Assembly: GCA_030693425.1 (NCBI GenBank)
Contig: JAUYAM010000001.1
Span: 10,858 to 74,857 of the forward strand
DNA from: a bacterium
Lineage (GTDB): Bacteria > Patescibacteriota > Minisyncoccia > Minisyncoccales > GWA2-46-15
Length of the DNA stretch: 64,000 nucleotides
Reading direction: 5' to 3'
Made by a program: the position numbers and the translations under genes. Numbering within the stretch: the first letter of the stretch is position 1; each line of letters opens with the position of its first letter. The notes beneath the pieces are model-generated. The model was not told the origin of the DNA. It saw only the letters and a list, made by a program, of their open reading frames with translations, and made no database searches. Shown here one piece after another: positions 17,289 through 26,270 of the stretch.

Positions 17289-19427
17289 TTACTCAAGTTG
17301 GGTTTTTCTAATTTTAAATACTTTTCTCTGATGGTACTCGATTTTTTTCCCCGCATTCCATTGAGTTAGGGGCCTATAATAACCAATTATCCTTGAATAG
17401 ACTTCGCAGGGCTGCTTAATGGCGCAATGCGGGCAGAAAAAATGCTCTCCGGAAAGATAGCCGTGACTGGGGCAAACCGAGAAGGTTGGCGTAAGGGTAA
17501 TGTAAGGTAAATGGAATTTCTCAAAAACCTTTTTCACAAGCATTTTAGCGCTCCGGGGATCAGAAACCCGCTCGCCCAAAAACAGGTGCATTACTACGCC
17601 ACCGGTAAATTTACACTGAATTTCGTCTTGGAGTTTTAAAGCCTCAAAAACATCGTCGGTAAAATTAACCGGCAGCATTGTTGAATTCGTGTAATACGGC
17701 ACTTTTTTCGTCCCGGCGGCAATAATATCAGGATACTTCCCCCTGTCTTTTTGCGCCAAACGATAACTGGTAGATTCTGATGGCGTTGCTTCCAGGTTGT
17801 AGATATTGCTGGTTTCTTCCTGGTATTTAACCAGCTTTTCCCGCATAAAATCCAGCACTTCCAGGGTGAACTTTCTTCCCTTTTTTGAAGCAATATTCTC
17901 TCCTAGAAAATTCAAACAAGCCTCGTTCATTCCCACCAGACCGATAGTGGAAAAATGATTGGCATAATATTTTCCCCGCATTTTCTTGACATCTCCCAAA
18001 TAAAACCGGGAATAAGGATATAACCCTTTTTCAATGAAATTTTCCAGGGCCTTTCTTTTTATCTCTAAACTCTCTTTGGCAAGATCCATTAGACAGCCGA
18101 GTTTGCCAAAAAAATCTTTTTTGGTTTTTGAAAGAAACCCAATCCTCGGCATACCAATAGTAACCACGCCAATTGAACCAGTCTTATTTCCCGCGCCAAA
18201 AAGCCCGCCACCTCCGCGGTTATGAAGCTCTGTGAGATTGAGTCTCAGTCTGCAACATAGCGATCTTACATCCTCCGGCCTCATATCGGAATTGATGTAA
18301 TTGGCAAAATAATTCGTGCCGTATTTTGCCGAGGCCTCGAAAATCAAGTCAAAAGCGGGGTCGTCCCAGGGAAAATCCTTGGTAATATTAATAGTCGGCA
18401 AAGGAAAATGAAACGGCCGGCCATCTTTATCCCCCTCAAGAATCGCTTCGTAAAGCGCTTTGTTAAAAACTTTCATTTCCTCCTTAAAATCTCCATAAAC
18501 TTCACTTTGCGGCTTTCCGCCGATAATAACCGGCTGTTTAGCAAAAACTGGTGATGGCTTGAGATCTAAAGTAATATTGCTGAATGGATTTTGAAAGCCC
18601 ACCCGGGTTGGAATGGACATATTAAATAAAAACTCCTGAAGGCTTTGCTTTACCTGGGAATAGCTAAGGCCGTCGTATTTAATAAAAGGGGCTAAAAGAG
18701 TGTCAAAATTAGAAAAAGCAACCGCTCCCGCAACTTCCCCTTGAAGGGTATATAAAAAATTCACTGCTTGGCCAAGAATGGAACGGAAATGTTTTGCCGG
18801 TTTTGATTGGACTTTTCCCGGAACCCCGCCGAATCCTTTGAGCAAAAGGTCATAAAGATCCCAACCGGCGCAATAAACTCCCAAAGTGTCAAGGTTATGG
18901 AGGTGAAAATCCCCAGACTCTACCGTTTCTCTGATTTCTTTGGGATAAACCCTGTTTAACCAGTATTTTTTAGAGATAACTGAAACGCCATAATGGTTCA
19001 GTCCCTGAAGAGAATATCCCATATTGGCATTTTCCTTGACCTGCCAGTCAATCTCCTGAATGTATTGATCAACCGCCTCTACCGCCTCGTCAAAAGCAGT
19101 GACTGTTTCTCTTATCCGCCTTCGCTGCTCCCGGTAAAGAATATAGGCCTTGGCTGTTTCCACCAGCCCATTCAAAATCAAAACTTCCTCGACAATGTCC
19201 TGGACCTGTTCAACCGAAGGGATTTCCTCGGCTTTAAAACGCCTATTCAAAATCTGGCACACTTTTGCCGTCAATCTTTTGCTCCTATTGCCGTTGCCTT
19301 CGTTGGTGGCCGTCAGGGCTCTAAAAATCACCGTTTCAATGCGGCTGACGTCAAAATCAACAATCCTGCCGTCCCTTTTTTGAACTTTTTCAATCCCCAT
19401 TTTTACTTTTGAATTATTAACCCGCAT
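17289..19427 (-). CDS. nrdD: Anaerobic ribonucleoside-triphosphate reductase
   Basis: N-terminal ATP-cone ([12 protein letters not shown]), a C-terminal Cys cluster (CPSHG...CPHC) and the glycyl-radical motif SRIIGYYRP. An alternative start exists at 19400, and a hairpin at 19421-19440 covers the first ATG. Confidence 0.95.
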   Translation of the reverse strand: MRVNNSKVKMGIEKVQKRDGRIVDFDVSRIETVIFRALTATNEGNGNRSKRLTAKVCQILNRRFKAEEIPSVEQVQDIVEEVLILNGLVETAKAYILYREQRRRIRETVTAFDEAVEAVDQYIQEIDWQVKENANMGYSLQGLNHYGVSVISKKYWLNRVYPKEIRETVESGDFHLHNLDTLGVYCAGWDLYDLLLKGFGGVPGKVQSKPAKHFRSILGQAVNFLYTLQGEVAGAVAFSNFDTLLAPFIKYDGLSYSQVKQSLQEFLFNMSIPTRVGFQNPFSNITLDLKPSPVFAKQPVIIGGKPQSEVYGDFKEEMKVFNKALYEAILEGDKDGRPFHFPLPTINITKDFPWDDPAFDLIFEASAKYGTNYFANYINSDMRPEDVRSLCCRLRLNLTELHNRGGGGLFGAGNKTGSIGVVTIGMPRIGFLSKTKKDFFGKLGCLMDLAKESLEIKRKALENFIEKGLYPYSRFYLGDVKKMRGKYYANHFSTIGLVGMNEACLNFLGENIASKKGRKFTLEVLDFMREKLVKYQEETSNIYNLEATPSESTSYRLAQKDRGKYPDIIAAGTKKVPYYTNSTMLPVNFTDDVFEALKLQDEIQCKFTGGVVMHLFLGERVSDPRSAKMLVKKVFEKFHLPYITLTPTFSVCPSHGYLSGEHFFCPHCAIKQPCEVYSRIIGYYRPLTQWNAGKKIEYHQRKVFKIRKTQLE

Positions 19428-19521
19428 ATTGGAATGCGGGAGATGTTATTCTATTCTAACCGATTAAAAAAGACCGGGCAAATCTGGAAAACCCCGCATA
19501 AAAAAGGGGTTTATCCCCAGC

Positions 19522-20454
19522 TCATTTCTGAAATCCGGTGGCAATCAGAGTCACTTTCATTTCTCCTGATTTTAACTTTTCGTCTTCTCTGGCGCCAAAA
19601 ATCACTTTTGTTTCCGGCAAAATGCTCTTGGTAATACTGCTGGCAATGGCATCTATCTCAACCAGTTTTAAGTTCTTGGCGCTGATATTAAACAAAATCC
19701 TGGAAGCCTGATCCGGAGACGTTTCCAGCAAAGGGGAATTCAGGGCTTTAAAAACCGCTTCTTGGGCTCGGTTGGCCCCCCGGCCCCAACCTTGGCCGAA
19801 AAAAGCGCGGCCCGCGCCTTTTAAAATGGCTCTGACATCGGCAAAGCTTATCGTCACCAAAGACGGCCTCAAAATCAGGTCGATGATGGAAACGACTGCC
19901 TGGTGCAGAATCTCGTCGGCCAGAGAGAAAGCTTTGGTCAGAGGAGTATTTTTTTCCACCAAGGAAATCAGCTTGTCGTTGGAAATCAAAAGCAAGCTGT
20001 CAACTTTATCCTGGATATTTTTGATGCCGTTTTGGGCGATTGTCTTGCGGGACAGCCCCTCGAAAGCAAAAGGCTTGGTGATGACGGCAACGGTCAAAAC
20101 TCCCAGGTTTTTGGCAATCTCGGCGATTACCGGAGTGGCTCCAGAGCCGGTGCCGCCGCCAAAACCCGCTGCCAGAAAAACCATATCGCTGTCTTTTAAA
20201 AGCGCTTCTATCTCCTGCCTTTGCTCCTCGGCCGCCTTCCGGCCGATTTCCGGATTCATACCGGCTCCCAAACCCTGAGTGACTTCTCTGCCGATCCTCA
20301 ACTTTACTTCAGCTTGGTTCTTCCTGAGGTCCTGGGTGTCGGTGTTGACGGCAACAAGATCAACTGCGGGAATCTTGAACTTTGACATCCTGGTCAGAGC
20401 GTTGCCGCCGGCTCCGCCAATGCCAATTATTTTTATTCTCGGAACAATTTTCAT
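19522..20454 (-). CDS. ftsZ: FtsZ, core only (no C-terminal linker or tail)
   Basis: GIGGAGGNA and FGGGTGSGATPVIAE. The start was moved to ATG 20454 (MKIVPRIKIIGIGG). The protein ends ...VTLIATGFQK. Confidence 0.9.
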   Translation of the reverse strand: MKIVPRIKIIGIGGAGGNALTRMSKFKIPAVDLVAVNTDTQDLRKNQAEVKLRIGREVTQGLGAGMNPEIGRKAAEEQRQEIEALLKDSDMVFLAAGFGGGTGSGATPVIAEIAKNLGVLTVAVITKPFAFEGLSRKTIAQNGIKNIQDKVDSLLLISNDKLISLVEKNTPLTKAFSLADEILHQAVVSIIDLILRPSLVTISFADVRAILKGAGRAFFGQGWGRGANRAQEAVFKALNSPLLETSPDQASRILFNISAKNLKLVEIDAIASSITKSILPETKVIFGAREDEKLKSGEMKVTLIATGFQK

Positions 20455-20464
20455 ATGAGTAATT

Positions 20465-21652
20465 TTAAGGAATAAAGGTTTTAAAGATTCCTTTGATCTT
20501 TTTAAAAACTCCTTTCTCGGAAAAAGAAAGCCCTTCATCGTTATATATCTTTGCCCCCTCCAAAACCAAACCGGCAACCGCTGACCACGAAGAGTCCTCG
20601 AGGCCAGGACTAAAACCCGCCGGCAGCCCGAGCCGGCAGTGAAGTTTCAACTCCTTTCTGGCAAAGTCGATTATCCCTAAGAGTTTGGCTCCGCCTCCGG
20701 TTAAAACAACACCCGCCGGCAGCTTGGTTTTATTAATTCTTTTAAGTTCCTTGCTGATCTCTCCGAAAATCTCTCTTGTCCTGGCCTCAATTACTCTCGC
20801 CAATGTCTTTTGGGAAAATTCCTGGCCGGCTCTGGTTTTTTTTCCAACCCTTCTGGAAGAAAAACCGGTGAATTCCTTTTTTATCTTTTCCGCTTCTTCG
20901 ATCTCGGTCTTCAAGACAATGGCAATGTCATTGGTAATATTGTTGGATCCCAGAGGGAAAACCGAGGCCGAAATCAGATTCCCTTCCTCGAAAACCGCTA
21001 ATCCCGTTGTCCCGGCACCAACGTCAATCACAGCCACTCCCAATTCCTTTTCCTTCTGGTCTAAGACTGCCTCTGAAGAAGCCTGAATCGAAGCCAAAAC
21101 GTGTTCTATTTCCAGGTCGGCTCCGAGAACGGCTTCGGTCAGATTCTTGAGATACGGGGTAAAGGCCGTCAAACACAATGTTTTTGCCTCAAGGCGGATC
21201 CCTCTCAGGCCTTCGGCCTCTTTGATGCCGGCCTGGCCGTCAATAACGAATTCCTGGGCCAGAGTCTCCAAAATCTCCTGATTGGCAGACAAAGAAATGG
21301 TTCGGCTGGCCTGGAGAGCCCGGTCAACGTCGGCGTCGGAAATCTTTTGGTCGGCCCTAGAAACCGAAACTAATCCCCGACTGGGAATAAAAGCCAAGTG
21401 GCTGCCGTTGATATTGACGACAACGGAATTTACCTTTTTGTCCAAACCCTCCTGGCAAAAGCCAACCGCCTCACGGATTTTCCGGGAAACTTCAATAACG
21501 TTGATAACCACTCCCTTTCTCATTCCCGAATTCTCCACTTCTGACTGGCTGATAATTTCTAAAGCCTTGCTTTGAGGATTTTTCGAAGCCAGGAGAATCT
21601 TAACCGAGCTGGTGCCGATATCGAGGCCGGAAATTAAATTGCCCTTGGGCAT
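20465..21652 (-). CDS. ftsA: FtsA
   Basis: Actin-fold motifs GLDIGTSSVKIL, VIDVGAGTT and VLTGGGAKL, plus a C-terminal amphipathic tail. Confidence 0.9.
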   Translation of the reverse strand: MPKGNLISGLDIGTSSVKILLASKNPQSKALEIISQSEVENSGMRKGVVINVIEVSRKIREAVGFCQEGLDKKVNSVVVNINGSHLAFIPSRGLVSVSRADQKISDADVDRALQASRTISLSANQEILETLAQEFVIDGQAGIKEAEGLRGIRLEAKTLCLTAFTPYLKNLTEAVLGADLEIEHVLASIQASSEAVLDQKEKELGVAVIDVGAGTTGLAVFEEGNLISASVFPLGSNNITNDIAIVLKTEIEEAEKIKKEFTGFSSRRVGKKTRAGQEFSQKTLARVIEARTREIFGEISKELKRINKTKLPAGVVLTGGGAKLLGIIDFARKELKLHCRLGLPAGFSPGLEDSSWSAVAGLVLEGAKIYNDEGLSFSEKGVFKKIKGIFKTFIP

Positions 21653-21666
21653 AATTAATGTGTTTT

Positions 21667-22071
21667 TTAAGAAAGATGGCTCTCTTGTTTTCTAATCATC
21701 AGTTCGGCTTCTTTGCTCTCCCTCTCGTGATCGTATCCAAAAAGGTGCAAAAGGCCGTGAATCAAAACCCTTTTTGTTTCTTTTTCAAAGTCTTGGTCAA
21801 AAATCTTAGCATTCTTTCTGACTTCAGAAAGACAGATGAGCGTTTCTCCGAGATACCGATCTTGATTTGGGCCTGCAGGGAAAGTGAGAACGTCGGTTGG
21901 CCTGTTTTTCTGCCGGTACTCAAAATTCAGCTTTCTCATGGCCAGGGGTCCCAGGAAAACGACTGTCAGAGCCGACGACTCTTTTTTCTCTGCTTTTAAA
22001 ACCTTTTCAATGACTTTTTTAAAAAAACTTCTAGAAAACTTTTTCCCGAGATTGACAAAGCGGACTTTCAT
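21667..22071 (-). CDS. ybeY: rRNA maturation endoribonuclease YbeY
   Basis: HGLLHLFGYDH metal-binding motif. The start was moved to ATG 22071 (MKVRFVNL). Confidence 0.85.
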   Translation of the reverse strand: MKVRFVNLGKKFSRSFFKKVIEKVLKAEKKESSALTVVFLGPLAMRKLNFEYRQKNRPTDVLTFPAGPNQDRYLGETLICLSEVRKNAKIFDQDFEKETKRVLIHGLLHLFGYDHERESKEAELMIRKQESHLS

Positions 22072-22144
22072 TCTTGGTTTTGCGAACCCCGCACCACTCT
22101 CGCGACAGACTTGTGAATTCGTTTTGACAGAAAGGCGAAGCCGC

Positions 22145-22690
22145 CTATCGGCTCTGGTCATTATGTTTTCGTTGAGTTATCGATGGAGTGGTGCGGGGCG
22201 AAAGCAGTTCTTTGACTACTTGGCTGACCAGGGAGCCGTCGGCCCGGCCCCTCTTTTTGATCTCGGGCATCAAATCTTTCATCACCCTGCCAGAATCGCC
22301 AACGGCCTTAGCTCCAGTCCTGGCAATCGCCTCAACGATCATTTTTCTGACTTCCTCTCCAGAAATAGCCTCCGGCAGATAAGCTTCCAGGATCTGCAGC
22401 TCCTCTTCCTCTTTTTTAGCCGAATCGCGGCGCCCGCCTTGATTAAAACCGGCGATCGCTTCCCTCCTCTTTTTTGCTTCAGAAGCGACGACTTCAAGAC
22501 TTTCTTCTTCCGTCAATCGGCTCAACTCGTCCAATTCCTCCAAAGAAGCGGATTTGCTCAGCTTGGTTCTTTTCTCGATTTCCCGGTTGTTAAGGCTGGC
22601 CAAAAGCAGCCTCAAAACCGAGACTCTCAATTCCTGTTTCCCAAGCTGGGCTTCTTTTAACTCCTGATGGATGCGGTTAATGAATTCCAT
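22145..22690 (-). CDS. GatB/YqeY-domain protein
   Basis: MEFINRIHQELKEAQLGKQELRVSVLRLLLASLNNREIEKR and ...GRVMKDLMPEIKKRGRADGSLVSQVVKELL are typical of the YqeY family. Confidence 0.8.
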   Translation of the reverse strand: MEFINRIHQELKEAQLGKQELRVSVLRLLLASLNNREIEKRTKLSKSASLEELDELSRLTEEESLEVVASEAKKRREAIAGFNQGGRRDSAKKEEEELQILEAYLPEAISGEEVRKMIVEAIARTGAKAVGDSGRVMKDLMPEIKKRGRADGSLVSQVVKELLSPRTTPSITQRKHNDQSR

Positions 22691-22700
22691 CTGAGTGGTT

Positions 22701-22937
22701 TTATCTGCGGCGGAATTTTGGCGGCAATTTTCCCAGTTTTTCCAGTTTCAGGTATTCTGCCTTAAGCTCTTCCCGGCGCAGGGCCTGCTTTTTTCTCGCC
22801 GTCTTTGACTTGATCCTGCCCTTGAATCTCTTTTTCCTCGCCCCGATCAAAATGCCGCTCCGCTGGACTCTCTGGCCGAATCTCCGAACCAAAGACTGAC
22901 TGGTTTCCCGATTTTGTCTTTTTACCTCTAGAGCCAT
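22701..22937 (-). CDS. rpsU: Ribosomal protein S21
   Basis: 78 aa and very basic. ...SLVRRFGQRVQRSGIL...KKRFKGRIKSKTARKK matches the S21 pattern. Confidence 0.75.
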   Translation of the reverse strand: MALEVKRQNRETSQSLVRRFGQRVQRSGILIGARKKRFKGRIKSKTARKKQALRREELKAEYLKLEKLGKLPPKFRRR

Positions 22938-22940
22938 GGT

Positions 22941-23005
22941 AATAAGTAATTAGAAATTAGTAATTAGAAATTAAGAAATTAAGAAATTAAGAATTAGAAA
23001 TTCGG
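22941..23005. repeat. AT-rich tandem repeat in the rpsU 5' region (AATTAGAAATTA / AAATTAAG units)
   Basis: gtaataagtaattagaaattagtaattagaaattaagaaattaagaaattaagaattagaaatt. Confidence 0.85.
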
Positions 23006-23010
23006 CCTCG

Positions 23011-24300
23011 CTATTTCTTTAGCCTTTTTTTAATTTCGGCAACCGCCTTTTCAAACTTGACGGTTTCCTGAGTCCCTTTTTGCATATCTCTCAAGATAAC
23101 CGTCTTTTCCAAAGCTTCTCTCTGGCCCAAAATCAAAGCGTATCTCACCTGCAAACGGTCTGCCCTTGAAAGCTGGACTTTCAGGCTGTCCTTGGAAAAA
23201 GATTCTGCCAGGGGAATTTTAGCCTTGCGGAACTCCTCAAAAAGTTTCAGGCTTTTCTTCTTTGCCAGATCCCCAACCTGAGCTAAGAAGATTTCTTTCT
23301 TGACTTCGCCGGAAACTCTCGAGCCGCCAAGCTTGATGCCGGCGACGATCCTTTCGACTCCGGCAGCCGCGCCGCAGGCCGGAACGTCTTTGCCGCCGAC
23401 GATTCTCCCGAGATTGTCAAACCTTCCGCCGCCGACCAAAGCGATCGGCAGAGCTCCTTCCTGAGAAGGGCTGTCGGCAAAGATCTCAAAAACGGTTTTC
23501 GTATAATAGTCGATTCCCCTGACCAGATAGGGATTGAGGCGGTAGGGCAGCCCCAGTTCGTCCAGAAACTCCAGAACCGCTTTAAAATGATCGTGACACT
23601 CTTCGCAGAGGTGATCGATGATCTGAGGAGCCTGGGCTCTGATCGGCTGGCATCTCTCTTCCTTGCAGTCTAAGACCCTGAGAGGATTTTCCCTGGCCCT
23701 TCTTTTGCAATCAAGGCAAAGGGAATTGAAACGGGATCTTAAATAACTCGTCAGGATCTTTTTGAAATAGGGACGGCAGCAGCTGGCGCCGATTGAATTG
23801 ATCTCGATCACCGGATTCTTAAACCTCAGTTCAGACAAAAGATTGTAAAAGATCTGGATTACCTGGGCGTCAATCGCTGGGCTCTCTTCGCCGAAAACCT
23901 CAAGGTCTATCTGATGAAACTGGCGGAACCTGCCCGCTTGAGGGCTTTCGTAGCGGAAAACCGGGCCGATGGAAAAAAGCTTCACCGGCTGGGGCAGATT
24001 CAGCATCCCGTGCTGAAGGAAAGCCCTCATAATCCCGGGAGTGAACTCCGGCCTCAAGGCCAAAGCGTCCCCTCCTCTGGTCTTCAAAGAAAACATCTGC
24101 TTTTCGACGATCTCGGTTGTCAAGCCGGTCCCCTTTTCGTAAAGCTCCAAAAACTCAATAATCGGGGTGTCGATCTTGTCAAAGCCGTAAAAAGCGGCCA
24201 GATTCTCAGCCAGACTATAGACCTTCTGAAAATATCTCTGGTCCTCGGGCAGAATGTCGTGCATGCCCTGAGGCGATTGGAACTTTTGTCTTTTTGCCAT
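23011..24300 (-). CDS. hisS: Histidyl-tRNA synthetase
   Basis: GMHDILPED, class II motifs, and GGGRFD. The start was moved to ATG 24300 (MAKRQKFQSPQG), 1 nt after the lepB stop. Confidence 0.95.
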   Translation of the reverse strand: MAKRQKFQSPQGMHDILPEDQRYFQKVYSLAENLAAFYGFDKIDTPIIEFLELYEKGTGLTTEIVEKQMFSLKTRGGDALALRPEFTPGIMRAFLQHGMLNLPQPVKLFSIGPVFRYESPQAGRFRQFHQIDLEVFGEESPAIDAQVIQIFYNLLSELRFKNPVIEINSIGASCCRPYFKKILTSYLRSRFNSLCLDCKRRARENPLRVLDCKEERCQPIRAQAPQIIDHLCEECHDHFKAVLEFLDELGLPYRLNPYLVRGIDYYTKTVFEIFADSPSQEGALPIALVGGGRFDNLGRIVGGKDVPACGAAAGVERIVAGIKLGGSRVSGEVKKEIFLAQVGDLAKKKSLKLFEEFRKAKIPLAESFSKDSLKVQLSRADRLQVRYALILGQREALEKTVILRDMQKGTQETVKFEKAVAEIKKRLKK

Positions 24301-24301
24301 T

Positions 24302-24850
24302 TTAGTAAGTTGGCGCGTTAATTTCGCTGACCTCGCCCAGCGGCCAGAGCCGAAAAAGAACTCGGCCGATGATATTGCTTTGCGGCAAAACGCCCCAAGA
24401 CCGGGAATCCGAAGAAGAAAGCCGGTTGTCTCCCAGGACAAAAAACTCCTTCTCTTTTAAGGTCAGGCGGATATCGCCGGTAGTCAAATCCTCTTCCGGC
24501 AGGTAGGTGTTTTCCTCTAAAATCTTTTCCTGGCCCTGCTCGTCAAAAATCCTGATTTTCTGGTCTTTTATCTCCAGGGTTTCCCCGGGCAGGCCGATAA
24601 TCCTTTTGATATACCTCTGGGAAGGGTTGTATGGGTATTTAAAGACAACTACCTCGCCCCTTTTCGGATCCCTGAGGCGATAAGAAAGTTCGTCGATAAT
24701 TAAGTAATTGCCCTGCTGGAAATTCGGCTCCATTGACTGGCCCTTGACAATGAACGGCTGGAAAATAAAATACCTGATCGGCAGAACGATCGCTAAGGCT
24801 AAAAAAACAATTTTTAAAGTTTCCCAAACAAAGTTTAAAAAAGTCTTCAT
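24302..24850 (-). CDS. lepB: Signal peptidase I
   Basis: N-terminal TM helix, the GQSMEPNF catalytic Ser box, and GDNRLSSSDSR. Confidence 0.9.
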   Translation of the reverse strand: MKTFLNFVWETLKIVFLALAIVLPIRYFIFQPFIVKGQSMEPNFQQGNYLIIDELSYRLRDPKRGEVVVFKYPYNPSQRYIKRIIGLPGETLEIKDQKIRIFDEQGQEKILEENTYLPEEDLTTGDIRLTLKEKEFFVLGDNRLSSSDSRSWGVLPQSNIIGRVLFRLWPLGEVSEINAPTY

Positions 24851-24920
24851 ATTTATATGATATTTATGAATTATACTGGCTTTTTAGGAATAAAGCAAGA
24901 ACAATGATATAATAAATAAT

Positions 24921-24969
24921 CAATTACTAATTTCTAATTATTCTAATTCCTAATTACTAAATTACTAAT
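24921..24969. repeat. AT-rich tandem repeat in the pth 5' region (TAATTTCTAATTACTAA units)
   Basis: caattactaatttctaattattctaattcctaattactaaattactaat runs directly up to the pth ATG. Confidence 0.85.
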
Positions 24970-25542
24970 ATGCTCCTGATCGCGGGGCTGGGAAATCCCG
25001 GTCAAAAATACCAAAACACCTGGCACAACTTAGGCAGGCTGGCCGTCATCAACTGGCAAAAGGAATCCGGGTTCCCTGAGTTTCGTTTGGAAAGGAAATT
25101 CAACTCTCTGATTTCCAAAGGAGTCTTTGATAAAAAAGAAATTTTGCTAGCTCTGCCGGAAACTTTCATGAACAAATCCGGGCAAGCTCTGGGGAAAATC
25201 ATTTCTTTTTACAAGATAAAAGCAGTAAATCTGATTGTTGTTCACGACGACGCCGATTTAAAAAAGGGGGAAATCCGGGTTTCCCGAAACCGGGGGACTG
25301 CCGGCCACAAAGGGTTAAATTCCATTGTCGGCGTTTTAAAAACCAGAAGCTTTGTCAGAATTAGGATAGGCGTCAGGCCAAAAAATTACGTCCCCGGGTC
25401 TAAATCTTTAGACAGATTTGTTCTTAAAAAATTCACAAAAGATGAAGAAAAAATCGCTGCCGAAGTGATTAAGAAAACAAATGAGGCGATTGAGATGATT
25501 TTGGAAGAAGGCTCAGAAAAAGCAATGGCCAAGTTCAACTGA
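24970..25542 (+). CDS. pth: Peptidyl-tRNA hydrolase
   Basis: LIAGLGNPGQKYQNTWHNLG and GHKGLNS motifs. Confidence 0.95.
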   Translation: MLLIAGLGNPGQKYQNTWHNLGRLAVINWQKESGFPEFRLERKFNSLISKGVFDKKEILLALPETFMNKSGQALGKIISFYKIKAVNLIVVHDDADLKKGEIRVSRNRGTAGHKGLNSIVGVLKTRSFVRIRIGVRPKNYVPGSKSLDRFVLKKFTKDEEKIAAEVIKKTNEAIEMILEEGSEKAMAKFN

Positions 25543-25612
25543 TGCCATATTAACACCTGCGGTCGCAGGTATTGTTATGCCAAACTATGAGTGAAGCTAA
25601 GCTTTACTCAAA

Positions 25613-25650
25613 ATAAAAAGCCAGGGCGAATAAACAACCCTGGCTTTCCA
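25613..25650. terminator. Bidirectional terminator between pth and the Zn-ribbon genes
   Basis: Hairpin GCCAGGG-N11-CCCTGGC at 25620-25644, flanked by an A-run on one side and a T-run on the other. Confidence 0.6.
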
Positions 25651-25656
25651 AGGTCG

Positions 25657-25842
25657 TCAATCCCAATCCTCTTTAGGTCTGACAACCTTGAACTTTTTCC
25701 CGCACTTTTGGCAAGTTTTAATCTTGCCCGCGCGGGATGCTTCGTCGAGACTCCGCCCGTGATACTTTGCATTACAATGGGGACAATTCACGGTCGGAAT
25801 CTCTTCGAAATGAATCGTCGTCTCGAGAATTAATTCTTCCAT
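25657..25842 (-). CDS. Small Cys4 zinc-ribbon protein, paralog 1
   Basis: MEELILETTIHFEEIPTVNCPHCNAKYHG...TCQKCGKKFKVVRPK. The CPHC...C..CGKxF pattern is shared with the neighbouring gene. Confidence 0.55.
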   Translation of the reverse strand: MEELILETTIHFEEIPTVNCPHCNAKYHGRSLDEASRAGKIKTCQKCGKKFKVVRPKEDWD

Positions 25843-25876
25843 TTTTCTCACCTTCTTTCCTTTGAATCTATTCCAT

Positions 25877-26053
25877 CTATCCCATCTGCCTATTTTTTTT
25901 CTTAGGCAGAACGGGCCGGAACCGTTTGCCGCAGCGCGAACAGGTCATAGAATGCTTCTGCCTCGCTGCATAGTCAACGGCATTTCCCCCCGTTTTGTTG
26001 CCACAATGAGGGCAACATACTGTTTGATCTCTTTGAACATCTGCCTTTTTCAT
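25877..26053 (-). CDS. Small Cys4 zinc-ribbon protein, paralog 2
   Basis: MKKADVQRDQTVCCPHCGNK...TCSRCGKRFRPVLPKKK. A strong SD (CAGGAGGAAGA) precedes ATG 26053. Confidence 0.6.
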   Translation of the reverse strand: MKKADVQRDQTVCCPHCGNKTGGNAVDYAARQKHSMTCSRCGKRFRPVLPKKKNRQMG

Positions 26054-26270
26054 TCTTCCTCCTGGATTCTTGAGTATGAAACCGCCACAAAATACGGGGC
26101 GGAAAATAAAATTTGTCCCCCGGCCTACTGACAAGCGCGATCATCAAGCAACATTTGCTGCCAACGATCCCCTTTAAGCTAGAAATCATTAAGGAGGGAT
26201 AGATTTCCAGCAACTCGTCAGTAGACCGCGAGGCAAATTAATGTTTTGATTATAACAAACAATACCTAAA

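Noticed and set aside
16090-19427. An intein or intron origin for the endonuclease next to nrdD.
   Set aside because: nrdD has its own stop codon (17289-17291) after an intact glycyl-radical C-terminus. The endonuclease has its own ATG 2 nt later, so it is a free-standing gene.
21884-22660. A 258-aa plus-strand ORF.
   Set aside because: It is antisense to ybeY and the YqeY-domain gene, and it has no motifs.
22941-23005. CRISPR-like arrays (also considered at 14037-14101, 57652-57679 and 61303-61400).
   Set aside because: The repeat units are only 7-14 nt and are contiguous, without unique spacers. No cas genes are present in the window.
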